Below, in pieces: positions 48,924-60,990 of a stretch of 64,000 bases of DNA. The notes under the pieces were generated by a model, which worked only from the letters and a program-made list of their open reading frames with translations, was not told where the DNA came from and did not search any database. A program made the translations under genes and the position numbers. Source of the DNA: Antechinus flavipes (lineage: Eukaryota); NCBI RefSeq assembly GCF_016432865.1, contig NC_067399.1, forward strand, positions 583,854,001 to 583,918,000, written 5' to 3'. The first letter of the stretch is position 1, and each line of letters opens with the position of its first letter.

Positions 48924-49084
48924 GAAAATTCCCTGGATAAACATCTATGCCCAAGTTCAACATGACAAGGAGCAGGAGATGATTGGGTCGGTGAGCCAAA
49001 GTGAAAATGCTCCAAAAATCACCCTCAGTGACTTTACAGAGCCCGAGGAGCTGCTGGACAAAGAACTGGACACACGAGTCATAG
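48924..49084 (+). CDS. SORCS3: SORCS3 cytoplasmic-tail exon: (R)KIPWINIYAQVQHDKEQEMIGSVSQSENAPKITLSDFTEPEELLDKELDTRVI
   Basis: caccacag acceptor, G|gtaaat donor, 161 nt, phase 2/1; contains the YxxPhi motif YAQV. Confidence 0.97.
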
Positions 49085-49112
49085 GTAAATGTGCTCTACA
49101 TCCTTCCCTTTT

Positions 49113-49352
49113 GGAGCATTTCAAACTTAAGCCAAGTTATCGCCTATGGCAGAGGGCCCAAAGACTGTTTATGGCCTACAACATTCTCAACTGTTGCCAG
49201 AACCAGATTAAAATGTCATTGGGAAATATTTAACAAAATAAGTAAAAATACAGCAAGATATAACATTACACTTTAAAGCTAAGTCAATATACAGCCTGCA
49301 GAGATCTTTATAGCTGATTTAATGGCTTTCTGCTTCTAAGTTTGGCAACACT
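49113..49352. mobile_element. hAT-type MITE, same family as 2537-2718
   Basis: Shares AACCAGATTAAAATGT..GGGAAATATTTAACAAAATAAGTAAAAATA..CTAAGTCAATATACAGCC and ends AAGTTTGGCAACACT. Confidence 0.6.
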
Positions 49353-50839
49353 AAAAAAATAGTTAACTTTGAGCTAGTTAGTCCAAAAAAACTCATTCTC
49401 CCTATAAAAAGAACAATTGCTAAGAGAAGAGGTTTATTGTTAGTCATTTTGATCATCTCCCTCTCTCAGTAACCTTACATGAGATTTTCTTGGCAAAGAT
49501 ACTGGAGGGGTTTGCCATTTCCTCTCCAGCTCATTTTACAGATGAGGAAAGTGAGGAAACAGGATGAAGTGACTTGCCTAGGGTTACACATTTAGTAAGT
49601 GTATGAGGCCAGATTTGAAGTTAGGTACCTTTTTGAGTACAGGAATAGCACTATATTTACTACACTATCTACCAGCTTTAAGGAAGGGGTTGGGAATGCA
49701 GTAGTAGTTAAGTAGCCTTGACTGAGCCCTCACACTAATACAAATAACTTATGCTCTTATAATGGATATTACCCCTAATTTTTTTTTATTTGCAAAATGT
49801 TATTTGACGTGGTTGTATTTTACTTTATTTAAAGAAGATGATATATATTGGATACACTGGGCTAATAATTATTTTTGAATGAAAGTTACCCCATCATAAG
49901 CACCTGCCTTTACAAAAAGCAAATTATGCATCATCTTAAAAAATAATCAAGAATGCTCTGGAATAAGTAGTCAGGTTCAAATTATGTCTCTGTTTCTTAC
50001 TGACTTTGGCCAAATCACTTAGGAAAGCTAGGTGACAAAGTAGATAGAGGTGCTGAAGACTCTCATCTTCTAAGTTCAAACAGAGCCTCAGATATTTATT
50101 AACTGTGTGACCCTGGGCAAGTCATTTTACTCATTTGCCTCAGTTTCCACATCTGTAAAATGAGCTGGGAGAAGGAATTGGAAAACAGCTCCAGTATCTT
50201 TGTCAAGAAAACTGCAAATAGGATCATGAAGAATTGGAAATGACCCAAATGACTTGATCAAAACAATAAATCACTAATTCTTCTTCATCTTGTTTCCTCA
50301 ACTGAAAAATTAAAAAGCAAAAATGAAAAGCCCCTTCTAGCCTTTGACTTTTGATCTTATAAGTCTATAATCATATAAATTGAGTTCAGAAAGGTGGAGC
50401 AAGATGGCCCTTGTTTTTTTTTGTGCTAATTCTAAGATAATTGCTTTTTTTAAGTATAAGGAGGATGAATTCCTTTTCTATTAATATGGCAACTAACATC
50501 TTTTATATAATAGTTTCTAAATGCCTTGTGAAAGAGTGAGAACACCTTCTTGGGAAAGTCAAGACCAGATTTCTGAGTCACTCCCGAGGGATCCCAAGTG
50601 ATAGGAACAAAGCTGTCTTGTTTTAGATTCCAAAAAAAAAATATTTGGTGAAATTACTTCATGGACAGATCTTGAGAGGAACTGCTGTGCTAGGCTGAAG
50701 GGCAGCACTGTGTGGGGGAGGCTTTCCCAGTGCCTCCTTGTTCACATTGTTCTAAAGTCTGTAGTTCTAAACCAAACACTATTGATCCTCATTGACCACC
50801 TGTCTGAGACTCTCTATTTCTGTCTCTTATGCCCTACAG

Positions 50840-50904
50840 GTGGGGTTGCCACCATTGCCAACAGTGGAAGCACAAAGGAAATTCCCAACTGCACTAGTGT
50901 TTAA
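50840..50904 (+). CDS. SORCS3: SORCS3 last coding exon: (G)GVATIANSGSTKEIPNCTSV*
   Basis: gccctacag acceptor, phase 1, TAA at 50902-50904. The C-terminal T-S-V is a class I PDZ-binding motif; the terminus matches recalled SORCS3. Confidence 0.97.
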
Positions 50905-52665
50905 TGTGGAGAAGAAGCCCCACGGTCTATCACCTTTCTGATTTTTTTTTTATTCTTGATGATTATTGTTGTTCTTATTATGGGGGGGGGGAAGAAAACT
51001 ATCACTTTTTAAAAATCCTCTACTATTCTGGAGTCCCCTTTACAAACAGAGGACATTGGAGAAAGTCCTTCTTAACCAATTAAAATGTCTCAAGAATCAA
51101 TAAGTATGCTCCTGCCGCAGTAGAAGGCTCTCCTCTCCTTGCTGCTTCTGGGCCATCTTCTGCCAGTGGCGGCTCAAAAGTGGGACTTACTACGTCCTCC
51201 TGGGCTCTACCTTGTTTTGTTGTTGTAGTTGTTGTTTTCCTTTATACACACAAACTCACCAACCCATGATCTAGTCTGCTTCTGCAGGGCCCCAGTGGAA
51301 GTATCTCCCAGAAGCAGGCCCTGTGGCCCTACCTAGTGCATGTCAACACTGAACAGACCAACGATGAAGAGGGCAGCATATTGTAGATAATGACAATGTA
51401 AATAGCTTTTTATTTCCTGGGAAATAATTTAATGTTTAGTAAAAAAAGAAAAAGAAAAAAGGAAGAAACTTGGTGTGCATCCACACTCACACATACATAC
51501 ACATGCACTTAAAATGGACAAATCCACCAGGATCCTGTTTGGCAAGTGTGAATTCTGTCGTCTGTCACATTTAATTCTGTGGCCACAACATCGCTGTTTC
51601 CTAATCTGTATGTTAAAAGTGGAATTATTTTAGATGGTTAAAAAGATTAGAATGAAGTGCCATCTAATACACAGAGCTCTCTGGGTTCCCCAGATGGTAT
51701 AATAGCATGACTTTTGGGATACACTCAACAAGTGTAAGATTTCCCTCCCCTTATCAGGCTAAGAAAACAGTACTTGCCTAATAGGAAATCAGCCTGATTA
51801 TAAATTATATTAGGAAATTATTGCTCTAATTCCTTCTGCCCATGAGAGCACATTAAGTATGTTCTCTTAGCTCAAGAACATATTCTGGGCATCTACACTC
51901 TCAGTGACTCCTTGCTGGATTCAGTTAAGTGGTAGAAGGGAATGGTTAGTAGACTGGTAGCATGGGCCTGACCCATGTATTTTTTAATAAGCCAAATAGC
52001 AACCTAGTGGTCTGATGATCTTAGTCAACTCTGCAATGCTGTGATATTTCATTGTCGGGAGTATGCACCTTCCTTAAAGTCAAGTGTCTGCTTTAGTTCC
52101 CTTTAGATAATTCATGTCTTTGGGGGGGAGGCCCTGAGCTTAGCAGCCATTCTCATTTTCTCTGCTTCACATATTTGCCCATCCTAATTCCATTACCCTT
52201 GGGTTGTTCTAGCCCAAACTCTGAACACTATTATTTTTTTCAGGGGAGCAAGATGGAAACATTAATTTTAAAAAATGATACATTCATAGGATAGTCCTCA
52301 TAAGAGGTAAAAGGCAAATGACTTTTTTAGGGTATTTTTTTCACATTCTTCCCTTTATGAAAAAATGTAAGGCATCTGAAAGAATGCCATTGGCTGATTA
52401 CAGCAAGATAGAACATCCATCCCTACATTTCTCTGAAAAGATCAGGAGTGTTTATAAGCACTCTGCTTTTTTGTTTCAAGGGTTAATTGGGGCAGACAAT
52501 TGCAGTACTTGTATTAAACACTGGAATACAAATGCATGAGTCATATCTATATATACAGTATATGTATATATACTGTTCTTGGTTTTATTGTTCCATTTGA
52601 ATATTTCTACTGTAAAAAAGGCAGTGGTTTTGAAATTGTTGAAAATAAATGTATTTTTGTACATC
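50905..52665 (+). other. SORCS3: SORCS3 3'UTR
   Basis: Continuous with the last exon, largely free of interspersed repeats, and ends at a canonical polyA site; repeat-dense DNA resumes right after. Confidence 0.75.
52644..52649 (+). terminator. Polyadenylation signal AATAAA
   Basis: First AATAAA I found after the stop codon. It is followed by a CA about 15 nt downstream and a GU/U-rich element (CTTGGGCTGTGCATTTTTTTT). Confidence 0.8.
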
Positions 52666-52699
52666 AAAGTTATATCTTGGGCTGTGCATTTTTTTAAAA

Positions 52700-54960
52700 A
52701 AAGTTTTATTATTGTCTCTGATTTTTACATCATCAGTCCTTTCTGAATATAAAACCATTTCACAATTAGTGTAACAAAAAAAAAAAACAATTAGGCCAAA
52801 CCAATTAATATAGTGAAAATACTCAATAGTATATGTAACATTTCATAGCTAGCTTCCCCTTCTGCTTCAAGGAAAAGGATGGTAGTTCAAAACGGACCCT
52901 ATCTTTTCTCCCAGGACCAACATTTCTTATTAAAATTAAACACCATTGGGGTAGCTAGTTGGTATGGTGCAGTCAAGAGGACCTGAGTTCAAATCTGACC
53001 TCAGACAGTTTATACTTCCTAGCTGTGTGACTCTGGGCAAGTCACTTAACCCCAATTGCCTCAGCCAAAAATAGTTAAACACCATCCAATTTTATTATTT
53101 CTTTCATGCACTTGTTTTCCTATTTCTACATCAATCTATATAAACTGAATTCTTCATATTTGTCATTTCTTAAGATACAATACAATTCAGTGATTTCCAC
53201 ATATCAAAATTTATATATTCCCTAATCAACAGGCACCTACATTGTTTCTAGTTATTTGCTATCCCAAAACACCCCAGCTATTATTTTGTGACATTTGGGT
53301 GATCCCTAATCTCAGTCTATGTCCTTTTCCTGCATTTCCTCTCAAGTGAATAGTATATTCAGCTAACTTTTCCATCCCAAGCTGTTTTCTCTCTCTTTAC
53401 TATTGCTGGTTATAGGTCAATAGTAAACTTATTTATTCCTTGGGAATGCCCCTCAACATCATCTGACTTCCATTTCCAAAAATTCCACGAGAAAGAGTTG
53501 ATTTTTTTTGGTACCTAATGATAAGAGCACAAGGAGAAACTATATTTGTCTTTGAAAAGCTACCGTATGGAATAAAAATAATTAAATGCTTTTTCCTAAA
53601 AAAGTCAGAAGTGGTCTTAATTTCTAACCAAAAGCCTAACCTAACCAAAAAAAGAATTCAAGGTAACACAATGCTTTTTTTTCCTGAAATATCAGAGTTG
53701 GTCTTTATTTCTTGTGATGCCTGCCACCTATTGAATAGTCTTTCTGTCTCTTGTATGGTATTCAGTCTCTGAGTTCTGGGATCAGGTACACTTCACAACT
53801 GGGAGTACTAGAAAGTAGAGTGGACATTACAGAATGGAGTCAATGATGTGATGAATAGTCCTTGCTAGCAAACCTTCAACAGCAACCTTGAAAGACAGGC
53901 AGGACCAGTGGCCAAACAGAGGGAATTGTTCCTGCAATCAAAAGTTTGCTAAAATAAAGTAGAACTTTTGTAACCTACTTTAAAATAAAACTTTACTTTT
54001 ATGGGTTTTACTCTGGCTATGTGGATGTTACTTGAATCCCAAAGTAAATCTTGTAATAATTTTCTAGGTAAGTAAATTTGCTGCATCATTTGAAAAGAAA
54101 TAGAATCAGACCAAAGGTGTATAATTAGAACTGAAGGCTTAAAAATTTAAACTTTAAAATTTATGATTTTTCACTTAGTGAATACCAAAATGCAAGAAAA
54201 TGTTACTTTTATCATAACTTTTTAGTTTTCAAATTAAATGAAAATATAGTTTTCAACATTTACCCTTGTAAACCTGTGTTCCAAATTTTCTCTTTCCCTT
54301 TCTCCTTCCTCTTTCCTAGACAGCAAGTAAACCAATAGAAGTTAAACATGTGCAATTCTTCTAAATATATTTCCACATTTATCATGCTACACAAAAAATC
54401 ACAGCAAAATGAAAAAAAATGATAAAAGAACAAGCAAGCAAACAACAATAAAGCTGAAAATGTTTATTTGTGATCTACATCGAGTCCCCATGGTCGTCTC
54501 TCATGCAGGTGGCTCTCTCCATCACAAGTCTATTGGAATTGGCCAGAATCATATCAAAATATGTTATTTTTAAAAAAGAAATTTATTGATATCATTTAAA
54601 AATTGAGCTAGTGAATCCTTTCCCCTCATAAAAAAAGATTCAAATAATATTGAGGTTAAAAAAGTTAAGCAAAAATAGCCATGATATCCAAGAATTCTGA
54701 TGTTATAGGCAATGTTTCACACTTATATCCCAATCTCTTTATCTCCATCTCTTTAAAAAAGGGGAATGAGATGCTTTATCATGTCTCTTCTTTGGGGCTA
54801 AGTTTGGTAAATATTATTTCACAGCACATGGTTTTGGCTAGTCTGTTTTTGTTTTTATTTGCATTATTGGCGTTCCCATACTTACTCTTTTACTAATTCT
54901 CTACTTTATTTTGCATCAGTTCACATCAATCTATATTCATTATTGTCATCATTTCTTAAA
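52700..54960 (-). mobile_element. Cluster of antisense L1 3' fragments of different ages
   Basis: Old L1 3' pieces at about 52700-53500 and 54580-54960, and a younger 3'UTR at about 54225-54560 (ATAGTTTTCAACATTTACCCTTG...CATCACAAGTCTATTGGAATT). Confidence 0.6.
52948..53071 (+). mobile_element. WSINE1-like short tRNA-derived SINE with TSD
   Basis: GGGGTAGCTAG..GGACCTGAGTTCAAATCTGACCTCAGACA..TAGCTGTGTGACTCTGGGCAAGTCACTTAACCCCAATTGCCTCAGCCAAAAA, flanked by TTAAACACCAT at 52936-52946 and 53075-53085. Confidence 0.85.
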
Positions 54961-57900
54961 ACACAGAATTATTTCATTATTTTCATGTGTAATTCTAGTG
55001 GATGTCATTATGGAATTCTCTGGCTGACATTTGGGCCTCTCTTCTGCCTTCACCTCAATGATAGATGAAAACTTTCCTGGACCTTCTCTATCTTCTCTTT
55101 GACGAGTGGACCTTTGGGGTGATACCTTTTGTTTAGTCATGTCCTTTCCTCTTTCCTGTTTTTCGCTTTGGGGAGATCCATACTGCTTTATAATTAGTCT
55201 CATTCCATAGTTTATTAGGTAATAAAATGGTTCTCAGGTCCACATCATCTCATTCTTTATTTTATAAAGTTCATATCAGACAAAAAATTATTACCAAAGT
55301 TCTCTGTTGGGAAAATGCTTTATGCCCCTAATGGAAATTTGATTGTTTTTTTTCCTCCTTCAGATGTTTATCTGTACCTAATCTCTGATATCTTTATATA
55401 TGAGACCAAAATCAGGACATAGAAATGATTTTTGTTTAAAAAGTGAGCTAAGAATATTTCAGTATTATTATTCAGATATATTGAAAAGAAATTAAGGAGT
55501 TTTTTCTTGAAACTTTCCCCAGCCTCTGATTGATGTGTAAAATTGGTACCTTCAGCCCCAGTCTCATTTTCATATATATATATGAATAAGTAGCTGCTTC
55601 AGTGGATTGAGTACTGGACTTGGATTCAAATCTGCTTTCAGATACATACTAGCTATGTAACTCTGGGCAAGTCACTTAAATTATATCTGCTTCAGTTTCC
55701 TTATTTGTAAATGGGTATAATAGTAACACCTGTCTTTCAGGGTTGGATGAGAAAACGAAAGATTTATAAAGGACTTGATAAAATTTAAAGGATTTTATAA
55801 ATGCTATATTATTATTACTATTACCATTTTAAGAAACACCTTAACTGAAAAGAATAAATATAACTTCGAATCCAAAGATCTTGTAAATTTCTTCAGAATG
55901 AGAGAATTTCATCCATTAAGTCCATAGATTTCTAGATCAAAAATATGTAACATGTTAAAAGCAACAGTAGACTGAGTATTATATTCTAGTTTATATATCT
56001 TTAGGTCTTGGTTTCCCCATCTGTAAAGTGAGAATAATACTTGGGCCAGGTGTGGTGATAACATGCTTGTAATTACTTTCTTAAAATATTAGATATGAAA
56101 GGTATTTTAGGGGCCATTAAGTCTAACCCCCTCATTTTAGAAATGTGGAGCATATAAATGAAATCCCCAGGGACACATACACAACTAGTATGTCTTTGAA
56201 CTAGGATTTGAACTTAGCTCTTCATGACTAAGTCCAGGGCCCTAACCACTCACTACACTCTACTTAAATAAAGGAGGCAAAGATAGGTTACTTGATTTTC
56301 CCCAAGATTATACAGCTAAGGGGTTGAAGAAATATTTGAATTCAGGTATTTCTAATGCCAAAAATAATAGCTCTGCCCCCCTGTATCATCTAGGTAATAT
56401 AGTTCTACTTTTTCATTCCACAGATCAGGAAACCCAAGCCAGGGTTAACTTAGTAGAAGGATTGATTGAAATAATTATTGGAAGTGTCCTGAACTACCAT
56501 AGGAGGTGATTAGCTTTCCTCCTTGTCAATTTTTAAGCAAAGCTTGGCTGAGTATCTATGTTTCCCCTTTTGATTCTGAAAGTCTATGAATCTGTGCTCC
56601 ACAAGGCAAAATAGCATAATTAAGAGTCAGTTCAAATCCTGAGTTCAAATCCACACCCTTATTATCCATGTGACTGTAAGCAAATCATTTAATCTCCATT
56701 AACTCAGTATTCTCATCTGTAAAATAAGAGGCCTTGATTCCACACTTTTAAGTCTGTGAACCCCTTTTTAGATTTTTTTAAAAGTACATACCTTTCCTGA
56801 AACTATTGGTCAACTCTAGATATTAAAAATTTCCTTGGCTTCCTTTGGCCACCTCTCAAGGGACAGATAATTAGATTCTCAGGTAGTATATTGGAGCCCA
56901 GATGAACCATCCACGGGATAGCTTTTGACTTGATGGCATCCCATTTGCCTTCCCTCACTCATCCCAGTGGATGTTAATCTTACCTGAGTGATAGTTGGCA
57001 AACTTTGGCCCTATCTTAACAGTTGCATTTCTCTTAGCTTTGGAAGGGAAGAAATAGATCAATCAAAAAAAAACAAAACAAAACAAAAAAAAAAAAAAAC
57101 AAAAAACCCTTCATCCTAGCACATCCAATCAGGAAGAAAATGAGTCCAGGGAAATGTAGGAACTTCTCATAGACAGTACCCAAGTAGTAATGGCAGCCTC
57201 TGGATTCAAATTCTGAACTTCTGATTTCAAATCCAGAATTATTATCACTGTGAGTTGAAGATCCATGAACCTTTTCTGTCTTTTTTTTTTTTTAACATAA
57301 TGTTTCCTAGGAACAGCGTGAATTCACCCTTCAAAGGAGAAGGCACTGATAGAAGAGAGGAAAAAATTTTTGGGATAAAATAAACTAATTTCTAGAAAAG
57401 GAAATTAATCTGAAAGATAGTACTGGTTTCTACTTACGCCTCAGTTATTTCCCTTCTTCAATTTTCTGTTAAGTTGATCTCTAAGGTGCTTTCCAAGTCT
57501 AGAGTTCCCTATCCCTGTGTACTTATACTTTCCATCCAGCCCAGACTCTTCTGAAATGGTTTCTTTTTATTGCTTTTTTAATATCAGTCTGATTTAATTT
57601 TGCATGGGCCAGGTAAAAATGATGAACAGTGACCATTTTTTTTATTAGGGTCTGAGGGAAGACTCAATACCTTCTAAAAAAAATAAGGCTGACCACAGAA
57701 AGAACCAGTTTCTATAACAAATTTATCCAATATGGGCTTCCCCTATGGCTAGCCATGTTGAAATGGAGAACAATCATATTTGTCTGGCTCCCTAGCCCTT
57801 TAGATTTCTTGTATTATGAGATGAATGTTTACAAACAAAGGTTTTTTTCTCTTTTATGATAAACTCTGTAGTGACTTTTGCAACTGTGCAGAGCTCTCTC

Positions 57901-58324
57901 AGCTCTGTCTCAGAATCAAAGAATTGAAAAATACACATATATATGCAGGTGAATTCTGGGGTACTAAGGATTTAAAGTTTTCCGGTTGCCATGTCAAGGT
58001 AGATATAAGACTGATTGAATCTTTGATTTGATTAGCATAGGAAACCCTGGATGAAGAAATTCCCTGTCCCAAAGTGGACAACTCTTTAATTTGCAATCTT
58101 AGAGTTGCCTGGAACACTTATAAGTTCAAGTGACTTGTTTAGTCACTTATTGTTAGTAGATAGGATTTGAACTTAAGTTTCCTAGCTTTATAGGCTGGTT
58201 CTGGGCACTGTCTCTGAACTCCAGACTACAGGATAGGGGAGGTGTCAAGGAAAAAGTTATTTCAGACCTGTTCTGTCAAATATAGACTTGAGAAGATATC
58301 AGCTGAAACAAGAAAATGTCACAC

Positions 58325-58465
58325 TCTGTCTCTGTCTCCCCTTCCTTGTCTTCCCCCCTCCCCTCCTTTCCCTTCCTTCCTCTTGCTCCTACTCCCTCTC
58401 TCTCTTCCTCTCCCTCTCTCTCTGTCCCCCTCTTTCTTCTTTTCCCTCCCTACCTCCCTCCCCGC
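58325..58465. repeat. Polypyrimidine (CT/CCT) low-complexity tract
   Basis: Nearly pure C/T on the + strand; a similar tract lies at 29890-30030. Confidence 0.85.
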
Positions 58466-59423
58466 TCTCAATTTCCTGATTTATAAAATGGAGATAGCAT
58501 TGTACTATGTAACTATATAGAGGGCTACTCTGGAGCAAAGAATTCACATGGTACAAGGGAAAGAATTCTGGATTTGGGACAAAGAGTCTGAGATCAAACT
58601 GCAGTTTTTCCCCTAGCTAGGAATGTGATTTTTCAGATTCTGTGGAATACTACTGTGCTTAGAGTCAGGAAGATATGAGTTGAAGTCCTGCCTCAGAATA
58701 GACTACCTATGTGATGTTCTGCACATCACTTAACTATTGTGTCTCAGTTTCTTCATCTATAAAAGGAGGATGCTAGCTTTGAAGGTCTCTTTCAAGCTAG
58801 ATCTATTTTCTTATCAATGGGTTCATGTCCTGCCACTGGCTATGGTCAAGTAAGTCAGATAATACTCCATCCCAAATATCACTCTATGAGATGAGTGGCT
58901 AATCTGCATTAATGGAAGGAGGGAGTTTCCACACTGGGGTTTCTTGCATGAATAAAACCATAGATGCAAACTCTGATCCCTCCCTATACCCCTAAAAAAA
59001 AGTTACTATGAACCAAGGCTCTTGCACGTTCAATCTTATACTCCACAATAAAAGCTACAGAGTATTTGAGTCTTCAAAAATTTTCCTGCTTGTGGTCCCC
59101 TACACAACAGCTCCTTCCTTGTCTACTTTCCATGGTTTGATTAATTCTGCCCTATGGGACTTGGTGGCTATAGGTGACATTTATTCTCATTTGTTGTCTT
59201 GGATAGAACATAACTTCCTCGTTGACCTAACTTCCCCTTGGATCCCTTTGGAGCCCTGCCCTCCCAACAATCCCTGTCATCAAGCATTATCTCATTCCCT
59301 TGTATTAGCTTACAGATAATAAGTTCTTCTTATTCAGGCTCCATCTATGTTGTGAGGAGACCTATTCCAAAAGGGTTGAGACAGAGGAGAGGAGGGATAG
59401 CTACAGTAACAACAGAAGCTGAG

Positions 59424-59428
<5 letters not shown>

Positions 59429-59458
<30 letters not shown>
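59429..59458. repeat. Poly(T)30
   Basis: Uninterrupted run of 30 T. Confidence 0.95.
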
Positions 59459-59461
<3 letters not shown>

Positions 59462-60349
59462 AATCTGTCTTTCAGCGTTTCCAGGTACACTCACCTGGGA
59501 AGCATGTAATTGTCTCTATAAACTGCACCTGGTCCAATGACATGTTCATGCTGTCCTTCTCAAATCCTAGGTTCACTTAGGGAACTGCTGGGCTTCTCTC
59601 ACTGGCAGCTGGAATCTTTTGAAAATAAATTTTAGTTGGGGGAGGCTAGAAATGAGAAAGATAGAGATGAGGTTATAGAAATATAGTTAATCTTTGTCAA
59701 TTACACAGATCCATTTGACACATCCCTATTTCAACCTGTCAACTTCAGACTCTTCTCAGTTCGGGGGAAAATATAGATGCTCCCCCAACATCTAATCTAT
59801 TTATAATGGTAACAAGGCAACTCCAGGCAGTGTGCGCTCATCACAAGCTAATCATCATCTGCTATGCCTTGTGCTTCCTAATTAGATGCATTGGTTGCTT
59901 ACTGATCAAGCTATCCCCTCATCCAGACAACAGAAGTGAGGGGAGAGGCAGGTGGGAAGAGATGGGATTCTGAAAATGCTTCCTGCTCAGGTTGTCTTTT
60001 TCATTCTGTTCTAACAGGATGGACTCCCTTTCCTCCTACACCCTTTAAAACTTTCTTTGGAACACAGAATTTCAAAGGGGGACTATAATGATGATCTAAT
60101 TCTACACTTTATTTTATATGTTGGGAAATTAAGTCCTCAAGATAGTGAGTCACTTGTTCAAAATTATATAGCAATTTAGTGGTGTTTCCCCTTTTTAGAG
60201 ACGGTAGAGTAATTTACCTTATGGGTAACAAAAATTGGGCAGGGAAAAGCACCAGATTGTTCAAGAGATTAGGCTTATAGATGTGATTTGGCCATTGTGT
60301 GACCTTGTAAAATCATATTTCTTCTCTGACCCTTAATTTCTTCTTTATT

Positions 60350-60990
60350 AAAGAGCTTGAATTTGGAACTGTACCCTAAAGTTTTTCAACTGAGCATACA
60401 TTTTGACTCAGCAATATCACCACTAAGCATAAAACCAAAGGGGAAAAAGACAGAGATGAACAAAAAATCTTCATTGAAGTGTTTAAAAAAATTATTATTG
60501 TAGCAAAAATCTGAAAATCAAGCTTGATCATTAGTTGGAGAAATAGCTCAACAATGAGGTATTATTGCCTTGTTAGAAATGATAAAAGAGAACCTGGGAA
60601 GACCTATATAGACTACTGCAAAGTGCAATGAGCAGAACCAATGACTATAACTTTTAAAGATAAACAGTGACTCTAGAGGATAAATCTTGTAGCATGTTTC
60701 CTTTTCAGACAGGCCAATATGTGGATATTCTTTAACTATTTTTTACAAGGGAGAATTTTTTTGGTGGGGGATAATGGGGTGAGAATTGGGAAGAAGAAAG
60801 ATGGTAATGATAGTTATGCCCTCAATAAGAAAATGTTAATAAAGTATGTATAAGACTAGATAGATCAGAAGGAGGTACAGAGACACATTGTCGATCAGGG
60901 TAAATTTTTAGTATATATTTTTATTTAGGTTTCCAATGCAAACCTCTTTTTCTGTTCTTTGCAAGTAGAAATTGTCACATTTGTTGGTTT
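60350..60990 (+). mobile_element. Old L1 3' fragment
   Basis: Decayed ORF2 C-terminal and 3'UTR motifs (TTTTGACTCAGCAATATCACCACTAAG..AAAATCTTCATTGAAG..GAAATGATAAAAG..CTGGGAAGACCTATATAGACT..GCAAAGTG..ATGAGCAGAACCA). Confidence 0.65.

Noticed and set aside
58242-58520. Proline/leucine/serine-rich ORFs
   Set aside because: Translation of a polypyrimidine tract; the same holds for 29860-30153.
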